Below, one piece after another: positions 25,823 to 38,489 of a stretch of DNA of 64,000 bases. The translations under genes were made by a program, and so were the position numbers. The notes below the pieces were generated by a model that saw only the letters and a list, made by a program, of their open reading frames with translations, did no database searches and was not told where the DNA came from. Every line of letters begins with the position of its first letter. Within the stretch, counting starts at the first letter, position 1. The stretch comes from Priapulus caudatus (Eukaryota). The DNA is taken from positions 23,196 through 87,195 of the forward strand of contig NW_014577083.1 in assembly GCF_000485595.1 (NCBI RefSeq). Direction: 5' to 3'.

Positions 25823-26133
25823 GTAAGTATCTGTATTATTGTAGACAGTGTTCATTGGTATGCTAACACTAACACTGCCAAAATGGAGGCTAGGGTATTA
25901 ATTTTGTGATAATGGAATTTTATTTTCTGGTAACTATTGTAACGTTTGTAGTTTGATCAAAAGTCTTCAGCATATTCAGTCATCTGTGTGTTTCATTTTA
26001 TTGCCAATCTTTAACTGTCATGTGCTGTGACAGAGGTGTTTGTAAAATAGTCAATCTCTCTAATATAACATCATGTAACTGTTTGCTCACAGATGTGTTG
26101 ATGCCTACGCATTCCAAATTGAGCAAAATCTAG

Positions 26134-26244
26134 CATATTTGAGAGTTGTATGAAACTGTATTTGCACATTTTCATGGGCATGGAAAGCGAGGCTCCAATT
26201 ACAGGATCATCTGGCGATACTTCACTGACAACAAGACCGATCAG
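26134..26244 (+). CDS. possible symmetric cassette exon (phase 2-2) in MYPT
   Basis: ctag|..IFESCMKLYLHIFMGMESEAPITGSSGDTSLTTRPI(R)|gttaaa; 111 nt open frame, but both splice sites are weak. Confidence 0.25.
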
Positions 26245-26661
26245 GTTAAACACAAATTTAAAATACGTAGGATGTGCTCTTATTATCACATGCCTGCATG
26301 CATGAACGTGTATTCATTATTGTAATATTATAAAGTCAAATATTCATTGTTAGCGTATAAAAAAAGAAGAAGTTATCTCTTTGAGCAGTTAGCATTGGTA
26401 ATATGGTTGTTTTTGGCTGTCTGAGGCCAAAGGTTTCTGGAGTAGCTTCCTAGAATTTTACCTCACCACCCGCTTTCTTGCGTTAACCATCTTTTTTATC
26501 ATAAATTTTCGTACTTTTCCCCACGCCATGCAGTCAAGGTCATATGTAACATGGTTAATAAAAATGCAACAGTTATAAGCTATGAAGGCCAATAACAACA
26601 ACAACAACAATAATAATAATAATAATAATAGTTTAATTAACAGACTTGACAATTAATGCAG

Positions 26662-27425
26662 GTCGCTGCAGCCACCGTCCCCGGACGATGAAGCGGAGAC
26701 CGTGCGACGGTCTAAATCCCGCCTGGCTCGTCAGACGCGCCGCTCGACACAGGGCATTACGGCTGAGGACGTAGCAGAAGCTCAGGCTCGGATGAGCCAG
26801 CTGAGAAAGACTTCTCAACAGCAGACAGATCAACAGGACGCAGCCACGAAAGAGAAGCAGAAGGAAGTGGGGAGGAGCCAAGAGAAGGATGCAGGGAGGA
26901 TTCAGGATAATGTGGAGGGGCAGGAGAGGGAAGTGGAGAGCAGTCAGAAGAAAGATGTTGGGAGGAGCCAGGAGAAGGAAGCGGTCAGGAGTCAGAAGAA
27001 GGAAGAAGAGAAGCAAGCGGAACTGGAAAAGAAAAAGGAAGTCAAACCGAAAAGCACACCGTTGTCCACATTCACGGCTAAACTTAGAAAGCAGGAATCC
27101 AAAGAGAAGAAGTCGAACCAGGCTCCGCAATCACCAGCACGCAGCTACACTGCGAGGCTGCCACTCACTAAGCGGCCACCACCCGCCAGTACGTCCGGCC
27201 AACAACTGCTGACAGTTAGTGCTCTCGTGCCACCGGCGCGAAAGATCTCACAGGAGTTACCATCGGCAGAAGTGTCTGCCATTCTCTCTCTCACACCGTT
27301 AACAAGAAGGAAGCAAGCATCTGCGCCAACGCCGGACGAAATCAGCAACTCGGTTACAATACAAGTGCGCCGACCCAGTTTACCTGTTACTCCTACCACC
27401 ACGCCATCTACTGGCAGTGGGGAAG
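26662..27425 (+). CDS. PPP1R12A: MYPT exon 13: inhibitory phosphosite region (RRSTQG, T696-equivalent), charged and Pro/Ser/Thr-rich segments
   Basis: atgcag|SLQPPSPDDEAETVRRSKSRLARQTRRSTQGITAEDVAEAQ...GSGE|gtatgt; 764 nt, phase 2-1; RRSTQG at 26738-26755. Confidence 0.93.
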
Positions 27426-27836
27426 GTATGTGGACATTATGCGTGACAATGTATGTCAGTGTAATGGGATTTGTGCAGCATTCGAATTTTATTGCTGATA
27501 TCTGATGGAGGAATTAATTAGTTTGTTTTAAATAAATAAATTTATTAGTAGAGAGTTAAGAATTTGGTTTAACTGCTTATTTGTTTTTAAAATGAAGCTT
27601 ATTCAAGTACATTGAGATATGTTTTGCCTAATTTTAATTAAACAGTCTTTCAGGTTTTGCCATGTTTGTCCATCAAGTTATGATAAGTTGCGAAATAGTA
27701 AAAACTCCTTTTACTGTAGTAAAGCATGTCTGATGAATGTTGCTGTTGTCTCAAAACTTCCGTGAAAGAGAATTTAACTTGCTGTTAATGTCGCACATTA
27801 TTCTTTCCAACTTGGATTCCGTGCTTATTGTTACAG

Positions 27837-28000
27837 GGAAGCACAGCAACAAGAATGAACCGTCGTCAGCAAACCTGGCCAACAAAAAAGAAGATGGAAG
27901 ACAAAAAGAAGCAGAGGAAGAGATGGAACAACGGTTCCAGGAGAGAAGGAGGACTCGCAATGCACGAGCGCAGAAAGCCACAGACAATGCTGCTCCCAGT
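27837..28000 (+). CDS. PPP1R12A: MYPT exon 14 (region positionally equivalent to the T853 site)
   Basis: ttacag|(G)KHSNKNEPSS...EQRFQERRRTRNARAQKATDNAAPS|gtatgt; 164 nt, phase 1-0. Confidence 0.82.
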
Positions 28001-28274
28001 GTATGTACTGCTTGTACTGATCAGCTCATTAAGTATTCACACAGCATTCCCGTTTTTCAGTAGTTTTAGAATAATAGATATATGAGACCATTTTCTAAAT
28101 GTTTTGGTTAGTAACTTAAATTACACATTGAAATGACATATTTCAAGTAATAATTGTAGGTAAGTAATAAACACATAATCAAAGCAGTTGCTGTCTCACT
28201 GTTAAGGTATTTTCGTGCATTCAGAGATATCAGGCAGACAACGTCTGATTCGTGTCTTTCTTCGTAACGTATAG

Positions 28275-28364
28275 AATAAAGATGTGAATAGACCTGATAC
28301 AACTGATCTGTGCCTGCCTGAAGAGAATATCAAGATTAAAGAGGAGGTTAAAGATCAATACAAG
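28275..28364 (+). CDS. PPP1R12A: MYPT exon 15
   Basis: gtatag|NKDVNRPDTTDLCLPEENIKIKEEVKDQYK|gtaggc; 90 nt, phase 0-0. Confidence 0.7.
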
Positions 28365-29505
28365 GTAGGCACAGCAGTAATTTCTCTACAGCTTCCATAC
28401 GTGATGTCAGTAAACCTAGTATTAATTAATTATTTAATTAAATAATTAATAATTATTTAATTAATAACAGTGCTGTAAAAATGTGAAAAGATGGACATGG
28501 CATAGTAAACGGCCACTACATCCCAGTTATTTGTTTCTGTGATATCATTAAGATCAGAAAAGTATTAGTAGCTGTTTAGGTACCGCTGTGGTACTGCACA
28601 CATCTTTTATCAACAGTGACCTCAAACTCGGAAGCTGTTTGCAGAAATTCAGGGTTAATCAATATTCACAGGGCCATGTATACAGAGAGATATTCTATAA
28701 ATGTGTTAATAGTCACCATGTTTAGCTCAGCTTCGTCATGCATAATAACCAGTATGTGCGTTCATCCAAAACAATGCTTGCAGACAAAAAACATTATTAC
28801 ATAATGAATAATATAGGCAGTGTTTTTACTCGCTAATTTTGAAAGCTTCGATTCCCTGTAAGGGGCCCCGATTGCATGTGTGCCAAAGACTAATTAACCG
28901 TTGTGCAGTAACTATTCGCCTAGAATCACCTTCTATACGCATGTTTCCTGTTGCAATATCATTGCATTTGCTATTGGTAGGACCTGCTTTTTAATATAAT
29001 GTAGACAAGAAAGTGTGACATTGGTGATAGTTCATTTTTTACCACATAGCTTAACGATAAATACCTTGCTCGAGGCGCTCAACGTGTGTTTGCCCGTGCA
29101 ATCGCCATGTCAAACTGCGGGCAAATTCAGACAGCTCAGAGGATCATTGTAACCTTGAGAGTAACATTACTGTAATGGTTCTAATTCCTATTTAGGCAGG
29201 TGGGGCGGTAGGGCGGGAAGGGATGGCGATTCAATAAACAACGTACCGACCTTTGAGCGTCTGCCTGATGGCGATGTCTTATCGGTTAACATTGTTATGC
29301 CCATGATCAGTGGCATATTCAGCGACCCACCTGAAATCCAACGTCTGATCAGAAGAGATACGTATAGATCAGAAGTAGATAATAGGGAAATCGCCTTTTA
29401 TCTACTTCTGGTATAGATCGATGCAGCATCTAGATACATATGATCATGAGTCCATAATAGAATTTTGTTAATCTTGAAAGTTCATAGTCGGTTTTCTTCT
29501 AAAAC

Positions 29506-30039
29506 ATTAATAATAACATTGTTCATAGTTAAATCCTTAAATTATTTACCTTGACAGTTTCAGCTGTCGTTCTGACAGCCATCTTCAGAACTTAGTAAGT
29601 TCTTCAGAACTTAGTAAGTTCTGAAGATGGCTGTCAGAACGACAGCTGAAACTGTCAAGGTAAATAAGGCCATAATAAAAATATTGTTTGTTTGTTCTCA
29701 CCCGACCGACCCGCCAAAAATGGGCCGACTCAAACATTTTTATTGATATTTACCATTCTTTTTTTTATACAAATTGTATCACTGTACATTATATAAATCT
29801 GTAGGCAATACATTATATGTACCAATCAAAACAAACATTCAACATAAAAGGTATCTCCACACAAGCACACCCGAGCATGTAGACACTATGCTGAATTTGT
29901 AAAAAGACCCCCCTCAAAAAAAATGTTAAGCCTACCTACCTACCCAAACTTTTCAGCCTGGGTCGGGTGAGGGCAAACAAATATTTTTTTAATTGTGGTT
30001 TAATTTAAGGATTTAACCATGAACAATGATGTTATTAAT
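29506..30039. repeat. long palindrome (Penelope-end-like, hammerhead-like core) interrupted by a MITE
   Basis: arms ttatttaccttgacagtttcagctgtcgttctgacagccatcttcagaactta / exact reverse complement; the right arm resumes at 30001. Confidence 0.75.
29668..30000. mobile_element. PIF/Harbinger (Tourist-like) MITE; second copy at 36217-36547
   Basis: TAA TSD on both sides, confirmed by the interrupted palindrome; ~40-bp imperfect TIRs ggccataat...cacccgacc / ggtcgggtg...attgtggtt. Confidence 0.75.
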
Positions 30040-30651
30040 AGAATTTTGTTATTATGGACTCTTGATATGATACATAGATACCAAGAGTAGGCCCTATATA
30101 ATAGAGAGTCTCTATTATGTACTCTTGATAGATACATAGATGCATATAGATCAGGAGCTAATAATGACAAATTTGTCATTATTAGCTCCTGATATAGATG
30201 CGTATAGATTATTTGATGTACAAGCTGTTGGCTGCTGCCGGGGAAAACTAACCGGCAACGTTGTTACAACATCCTGAACTAGACTGAGAGCAGCTGTGGG
30301 AACTAGGCGTAGCGACAAGCGCGCGGATGTGGCACTTAGGGTGCTACAGCCACTGCTATATAAAACGTTATGTCCTGTCTGATGGGTGTAGGCCTATATT
30401 TAGTTCACAGATGCTATTCAAGTCGGTGAAGTTCAGTTTCCTGCCATCATTGTGTAGGAAATGCGATAAGCGCGCGCGTGTGTGCGCCCGCGTGCGTGCG
30501 CGTGTGTGCGTCCGCGTGCGTGCGCGTGTGTGCGTCCGCGTGCGTGCGCGTGCGTGCGCGTGTGTGCGTCCGCGTGCGTGCGCGTGTGTGCTTGCACGCG
30601 TGCATACTATCGTTGGTCCGTATGTGCATGCATGATGTGTGTATGTATGTG

Positions 30652-30687
<36 letters not shown>

Positions 30688-30772
30688 TGTGTGTGTGCGC
30701 GCGCGTTCGTTCGTGTGGGCATGACGTGTGTCGTTGGTCCGTATGTGCATGCATGATGTGTGTATGTATGTG

Positions 30773-30804
<32 letters not shown>

Positions 30805-30914
30805 TGTGTGCGCGCGCGCGTTCATTCGTGTGGGCATGACGTGTGCGTGTGTTAGCGTGCGTGAGTGCGCGCGCGTGAGGAGCTTGTTTGAATGAGTATG
30901 CATGCATGTGTGTG

Positions 30915-30954
<40 letters not shown>

Positions 30955-33447
30955 TGTGTTTAATTTGTGAATGTGTCTTGTCACTTTTACGAGGTTCTTG
31001 GTTCTTGTTCGACAAACAGCAAGTAATGAGTAGTCAGTGAAATCGTCATATATTATAGCCTACATCAAGTTACACTTGCAATTTGATCCAGCGATCTGTA
31101 TGTAGCAGCACTAACAAGCCAGGTATATATATATATATATTACGACTCGTGATTAAGCGGCTTCGTATTTGTTGTAATTGCTCGTAGTGCAATTACTGCA
31201 GGGATTTGTTTCCAACCTAATTAATACTACCCCGGCATGTTAACTACAGTGCGGAATGTAGCTGGGTAGTGGGTGGGTGGTGATACGGGATACACAAGAT
31301 TGGCGCGTGCGCCTGGGGCGGGGTGTAGCTACTGCATGTGTACACACGCACGCACGCACGCATGCACGCACTCACGCACGCACACACGCACACATGAGTA
31401 TATGTATGCGTATGAGGGTGCCGAGTCTGTGGGGACAAGGGGGTGTGTACGCGTGTGCATATGTTTGTGTATTGTGTGTGTGGTGGTACGGGTGTGCATG
31501 TATATGTGGAGTTATATGGGAGGTTCTGGTAGATGTGCGTTAGGATATGTGACAAAGATGTGTTATGAAGACGTGAAGCTCTATGCTTATGGTCGGTACG
31601 ATTAGTTGTGTACAGTATGAGTGTGTGAGTGTTCGTGGTGAGAATGCTTCGCCTGGGCTGGCGTAGAGGAATTCAGCTGTATGTATCTCTAGCATACCAC
31701 TGCGCGAAGTATGCGCACGTAAATAAACACTCGACGGTTATCGTGTTGATTTCGTTGCACAGTGTGTGCACGGGCCGCCACTTTTCACCTGCTGCTATCC
31801 CTCTATAACCTTGTTTACTCTCCCTTTTTCTCCCCCTCTCCCTATTTCTCTCACTCGCTTCAGTGTGTCCCCGATGGACAAGTCCCATCGCCTAATCGAT
31901 ACTCCTATACCGATTCTGGCCAAAAACTTGCCTAGTCTGTATTTCAAGACAGTGCATCCATCCACCACGCTTGTAAGCAGTGCAGTCCAGTGTGTAGGTA
32001 GGTATACACTGGCTGTAAAATCTTTTTCGAATCTGTAGCCGGCAATAGAATAATTCCAGATGGCGGTTCCTTGAATTCAATAACGTGGCAAGAGAGAGAT
32101 TTACATCGCAATTAAAAGTCTACTAAATCACCTCTCATACGTCTACACGCAAGTGAATTAAAGATTCTTCTTTGCCTTTCCTCATATGGGTGGTCTTTAA
32201 GACGTAAGTTTCGCAGAGGCGGCGTAAACAAAAAATAATATTTAGTGTATATATTAGTAACAGCTCGTAGCTTCTGGCTGTGCGCTAGACTGGATCACAG
32301 GCACTTGAAGCGTTTTAATAAAATATATACGCAGAGGTCGTGTGCTGTGCACGGCGCCAGTTAAATATATAGTTAACTATATATTTAACTGTCGCCGTGC
32401 ATATAGCACACGACCCCTGCGTATATATTTTATTGAAACGCTTGAAGTGCCTGTGGACTGGATCCCCTCTCTCTGGATCTCTCCACCTCGTAATGGATCC
32501 ATGGTTTGTGCAGAAACAACAACCCTGTTTAGCTGTGAGTGTGACCGCTTCATCCCCCCGATCAGCAAGATACGAAGATTTGTACTTTACAATTTTTCAC
32601 CAGCGTATTATAAATGCTACTACGTACACCTTGCGTTGCTGGAGAGCCTATTATTGATATACGCAGGGGTTAATAATGACAAATTATGACAAATTATGAC
32701 AAATAATGACAAATGGAATAATGATTTTGTTACTATGGATATGAATTTGACACTATTAACCCCTGATATACGTTCAGCGGAGTAAATCAACCGCAGGCCA
32801 AGACCTTGAGCTCGTCAAGTTGGTTATTGACATTATGGAATGAGACTATTCATATCGGAAAGCAATGGGTGTGAATCTATGCTGTTTGGCGCTGCCTGTT
32901 TGATAGTTTACTGGGGTGGGGACGGATTGCAGAAAACCGCGGAGCGAAAAAAATGCGACGCTGAAAGTTGTAAGCGGTAGCTTAACAACGTGGGTAAAAA
33001 CGTGGTTGCTGATAGCTGCAGCTCTGCTATATAGACCTATACTAGGGAGCCGGTGGTGGCCTTCGCGCACGGTAGCAGCCAGCCAGCCAGCTACCGCCTC
33101 GGGGCATTGTACGTGAGCTGTGTGTAAATGTTTATCCATGACGCTGTGAGCTGACATATGCCGAGGTGTGATGCGCAGCGACAGATACCGTACATGTGGC
33201 TGCCACGGGGCTATTAAACATTAATTGTGACCAGAAGCTCGAATGTAAGTAGCTACACACCGCCGTAGGAGCCACTGTAGAGCCAAGTGCAATAGCTAAT
33301 CAGATGATGAGCTGTGCTTGTACGTAGTACGACGTTATCAGGAGTCTATCAATATCTATTATATATTATATATTATATATTATATATATATTATATATAT
33401 ATATATATATATATTATATTGATAGACTCCTGACGTTATTGTAATAT

Positions 33448-33482
33448 GGGTTAGGGTTAGGGTTAGGGTTAGGGTTAGGGTT
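33448..33482. repeat. interstitial (TTAGGG)n; similar tracts at 1399-1450, 4438-4474 and 38346-38410
   Basis: gggttagggttagggtt... Confidence 0.85.
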
Positions 33483-34774
33483 GTGGTTTCACCTGGTAGC
33501 TGGCTGGCTGCTTCTGCTGAGAATGCAAATTTATGCATTTCATTTGAATCGCGGCTTGACACGTTTCTGCTGCAGCTGTAGTATCTGGATAGTTCTGCGT
33601 CTAGACTTGCAATAAGCAGCTCCCTGAGCAGAGTGCAAGAGAGGACTGCCCCTCAGATGTTGCATTTGGATGAACGGTGGTCGTTATGACACATAAAGTG
33701 ATCTCTTAGGGGAATGAAAGTGCGCTCACTCCTCCAATCCCTCTCCCTTTCTCCCTATTATTTTCTCTCTCGTGCATATGACAGTGCCTTTTCCTCTAGT
33801 ACGTGTAATATCTACGATAGTATCACAACACACATGTGTGTCATCGGTATCAGTTCGCAGTTAGTGCAGTATAGTTACACGTTAGGGAACAACATAAGTA
33901 GTAGTGTTCTAACCTATTAGGTTTGGTAGTGTAGTAACCCCTTAATAGTAGGAACTGTAGTGAGTTCGTCTGACGGTGCACATAATAAATAATGTGTTTA
34001 AATTAATTAATTATTTAATTTTAAATAGGGTGTTAATTTCGTGATGCCCATTACGAGATTCTCGCACCATTACTGATAATTATCATTAATAATTTCTATG
34101 TAGTTGAGGGCTCAGATGGTTCGTTATAGGATATCAAGAGCATATACATTTACTTTCTAATTATTCTCACATGTCATTAGGTTCTTGTCGATATACCTGT
34201 ATTATTAAGGTAGAGAACGCATTTTTGGAAAAACTCTTCGGGAATACGTCAGTGGGTATATATACATTTATTTACTGTTTAGTGAAGTAAAACAATTTAG
34301 TATATTTGGCTTCGCGTTAGCGGTTAGATGCTTCTTTGTCCTTATCAGAGTTCTTATTCAACTTCTTAGTATTCCTTCTTTGTTCTTATCATGTATTATT
34401 CCTCGCATTATGTTGCAGGGTGTCATGGTTTGTAGTCTTTGGCAGCGATTCACGTTCACTCTTTAACCCATATACTGATAACATACATAATATTGACATT
34501 CACATTGTAAACACTCATGTAAATTAACTGACAGTTAGCAAGTGCGCCGCGCCGAAACGTAAAAGAAAAACAAATATGTGTGTTTATTGTGCGTCTTGTT
34601 CTTCCGCATTTTCTACATTTGGTATTTCTTTTTGTGTTAAAAAACCTATTGACCTATGTCACTATATATAGGTCGGGCAAGATTAATGGTGGCTGTCATT
34701 GGACATGTAAATCTTGCAGCAAGACTGTATGGGGCGCTGGGGAGGTATGCGACGTGCAATGCACATACCACATA

Positions 34775-35225
34775 CAGTAATAACCCGCGTATAAGAACAT
34801 AGATTTTAAGACATGTTACTGTTAGGCTAAATTTCCCATTTAGACCCTTTCATAAGAACCTGTTTTAGGCTCAGATTTTAAAGTAGGTTCTTAATTTTTC
34901 ATGCAGATGAAGACTTAAACAGAAACACGCATCTTTTTGCATGTTGTTTTGTTTCCTTGGATACATACTGTATCATACAGTATGGTAAGCACTGAAAAAC
35001 TTACACTGTAGCCCATCATGGTATTAATTAGCAAAAATTGCAGTTCTTGTAAGAAAATTTTAACACAATTTGAATCAAGTATAAGCGTATACATATTAAA
35101 GTAGAAACAATTAAGAACCTATTTAAGAACCTTTTGAGCCTAATTTTTCAGTAAGCACCATTTATATAAGAACATGTTGAGGCTAACTTGGAAAAATCTA
35201 TGTTCTTATACGCGGGTTATTACTG
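34775..35225. mobile_element. Tc1/mariner-type MITE
   Basis: TA|cagtaataacccgcgtataagaacatagatttt ... aaaatctatgttcttatacgcgggttattactg|TA; perfect ~33-bp TIR. Confidence 0.85.
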
Positions 35226-35276
35226 TAAGCAACCTTTATCAGTGTATGCGCCTTTATCAATGCTCCTCGGAGCTAC

Positions 35277-37200
35277 TTAGCTCAGCTTCGTCATGCATAA
35301 TAACCAGTATGTGCGTTCATCCAAAACAATGCTTGCAGACAAAAAACATTATTACATAATGAATAATATAGGCAGTGTTTTTACTCGCTAATTTTGAAAG
35401 CTTCGATTCCCTGTAAGGGGCCCCGATTGCATGTGTGCCAAAGACTAATTAACCGTTTGCAGTAACTATTCGCCTAGAATCACCTTCTATACGCATGTTT
35501 CCTGTTGCATATCATTGCATTTGCTATTGGTAGGACCTGCTTTTTAAATATAATGTAGACAAGAAAGTGTGACATTGGTGATAGTTCATTTTTACCACAT
35601 AGCCTAACGATAAATACCTTGCTCGAGGCGCTCAACGTGTGTTTGCCCGTGCAATCGCCATGTCAAACTGCGGGCAAATTCAGACAGCTCAGAGGATCAT
35701 TGTAACCTTGAGAGTAACATTACTGTAATGGTTCTAATTCCTATTTAGGCAGGTGGGGCGGTAGGGCGGAAGGGATGGCGATTCAATAAACAACGTACCG
35801 ACCTTTGAGCGTCTGCCTGATGGCGATGTCTTATCGGTTAACATTGTTATGCCCATGTCAGTGGCATATCAGCGACCCACCTGAAATCCAACGTCTGATC
35901 AGAAGAGATACGTATAGATCAGAAGTAGATAATAGGGAAATCGCCTTTTATCTACTTCTGGTATAATCGATGCAGCATCTAGATACATATGATCATGAGT
36001 CCATAATAGAATTTTGTTAATCTTGAAAGTTCATTGTCGGATTTCTTTTAAAACATTAATAACATCATTGTTCATAGTTAAATCCTTAAATTATTTACCT
36101 TGACAGTTTCAGCTGTCGTTCTGACAGCCATCTTCAGAACTTAGTAAGTTCTTCAGAACTTAGTAAGTTCTGAAGATGGCTGTCAGAACGACAGCTGAAA
36201 CTGTCAAGGTAAATAAGGCCATAATAAAAATATTGTTTGTTTGCCCTCACCCGACGACCCGCCAAAAATGGGCCGACTCAAACATTTTTATTGATATTTA
36301 CCATTCTTTTTTTTATACAAATTGTATCACTGTACATTATATAAATCTGTAGGCAATACATTATATGTACCAATCAAAACAAACATTCAACATAAAAGGT
36401 ATCCCCACACAAGCACACCCGAGCATGTAGACACTATGCTGAATTTGTAAAAAGACCCCCCTCAAAAAAATGTTAAGCCTACCTACCTACCCAAACTTTT
36501 CAGCCTGGGTCGGGTGAGGGCAAACAAATATTTTTTTAATTGTGGTTTAATTTAAGGATTTAACCATGAACAATGATGTTATTAATAGAATTTTGTTATT
36601 ATGGACTCTTGATATGATACATAGATACCAAGAGTAGGCCCTACATAATAGAGGTCTCTATTATGTACTATTGATAGATACATAGATGCATATAGATCAG
36701 GAGCTAATAATGACAAATTTGTCATTATTAGCTCCTGATATAGATGCGTATAGATTATTTGATGTACAAGCTGTTGGCTGCTGCCGGGAAAACTAACCGG
36801 CAACGTTGTTACAACATCCTGAACTAGACTGAGAGCAGCTGTGGGAACTAGGCGTAGCGACAAGCCGCGGATGTGGCACTTAGGGTGCTACAGCCACTGC
36901 TATATAAAACGTTATGTCCTGTCTGTAGGGTGTAGGCCTATATTTAGTTCACAGATGCTATTCAAGTCGGTGAAGTTCAGTTTCCTGCATCATTGTGTAG
37001 GAAATGCGATAGCGCGCGCGTGTGTGCGTCCGCGTGCGTGCGCGTGTGTGCGCCCGCGTGCGTGCGCGTGTCGCTGTGTGCGTCCGCGTGCGTGCGCGTG
37101 CGTGCGTCCGCGTGCGTGCGCGTGCGTGCGCGTGTGTGCTTGCACGCGTGCATACTATCGTTGGTCCGTATGTGCATGCATGATGTGTGTATGTATGTGG

Positions 37201-37232
<32 letters not shown>

Positions 37233-37554
37233 TGTGTGTGTTGCGCGCGCGTTCGTTCGTGTGGGCATGACGTGTGCTGTTGTGAGCGTGCGTGAGTGCG
37301 CGCGCGTGAGGAGCTTGTTTGAATGAGTATGCATGCATGTGTGTGTGTGCGTGCGTGCGTGCTCGTGCGTGCGTGCGTGCGTGCGTGCGTGTGTTTAATT
37401 TGTGAATGTGTCTTGTCACTTTTACGAGGTTCTTGGTCTTGTTCGACAAACAGCAAGTAATGAGTAGTCAGTGAAATCGTCATATATTAGCCTACATCAA
37501 GTTACACTTGCAATTTGATCCAGCGATCTGTATGTAGCAGCACTATACAATGCC

Positions 37555-37590
<36 letters not shown>
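35277..37590. repeat. ~2.3-kb direct duplication, copy 2
   Basis: matches 28722-31140 with scattered substitutions and 1-nt deletions. Confidence 0.9.
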
Positions 37591-38252
37591 TTATATATAT
37601 ATATATATATGCGATACTACTATTTGTTCATCATAGATTCCGTCGTGTATTCACAATGCAACGGCTTACAAATAATCATTCCACTACTTGATAATTCTCA
37701 AGTATTATTAGTGGTGAAGCCTATTTTATAGTGAGTTTTCATCATGCATATTGCATGTGTAGCATGAGTCTAACAACCCCACCCCAAGCCTTGCTAATAT
37801 AAGCAAAGCCTGTTATAAAAACCAAAGGAATCCAGGTGCAACGGCACTATATGGTCCATGAAAAGTTAGAAGCTCAAAACATTGCAGCCTATTCTAGTAT
37901 GGTGGCGCAGAATACGCGTTTTCTATGTAAATGTCGATCGTATCTCATATCAAGGAGTTTTGTGAAATATTTTTTGCAGTTCAGTAACAGCTAAACGCCC
38001 GTAAGATGTGCAAGCTATCGCCGTTGATGTAGATACTAGTAGCATATCTCTCCAGTCGACTCTTAACGTAGACTGTGAACTGTAGAAAGGATTTGCAGGT
38101 GCCCAGCTAGTGACTTTCACCGGTATCCAGATAGATGCTCATACGATTGCATCGCATATTTCAATCACTATAAGTAATCGAGAACACCCAATGCTTGGAA
38201 GTGGTAGTCACACTTCAATTGAATTAAGGACATCCATTTCCCTAGACTCATG

Positions 38253-38489
38253 GCAAGAGGTTGAAAGCTTTTTCGTCGCTCAATGACGTCACAAGTGTCG
38301 TCACGTCCGTACGGACTCAAACTCCTGTTTTAAGGTGCATTGTGACCCTAACCCTAACCCTGACCTTAACGCCAACTGGAAACCCTAACCCTAACCATAA
38401 CCCTAACCCTATTAAAAAAAAAATTGAACATTTTGTGCAGTTGACACTGTGACGTCATTGAGCGACGAAACAAGCTTTCAACCTTTTGC
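38253..38489. mobile_element. Mutator-like MITE with internal (CCCTAA)n-like tract
   Basis: 9-bp TSD agactcatg at 38244-38252 and 38490-38498; ~40-bp TIRs gcaagaggttgaaagc...tgacgtcac. Confidence 0.8.

Larger units (their letters stand above)
28722..31140. repeat. ~2.4-kb direct duplication, copy 1 (copy 2 at ~35277-37590)
   Basis: near-identical from ttagctcagcttcgtcatgc to the (TA)n tract. Confidence 0.9.

Noticed and set aside
26633..27402. Antisense and alternate-frame ORFs over exon 13
   Set aside because: Shadows of a purine-rich coding exon
30327..31015. His/Thr/Arg- or Cys/Val-rich ORFs (also ~3710-4001, 36841-37483, 50061-50317)
   Set aside because: Translations of (GT)n/(GTGC)n microsatellites, open in several frames
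33582..33689. Possible phase-0 alternative terminal exon (YLDSSASRLAISS...ERWSL*) giving a zipper-less MYPT
   Set aside because: A stronger CAG 6 nt upstream would give an immediate stop, and I recognise no homology; needs RNA-seq evidence
28722..37590. LTR retrotransposon (long direct repeats flanking 4 kb)
   Set aside because: No TG...CA termini, PBS/PPT, TSD or retroelement ORFs visible
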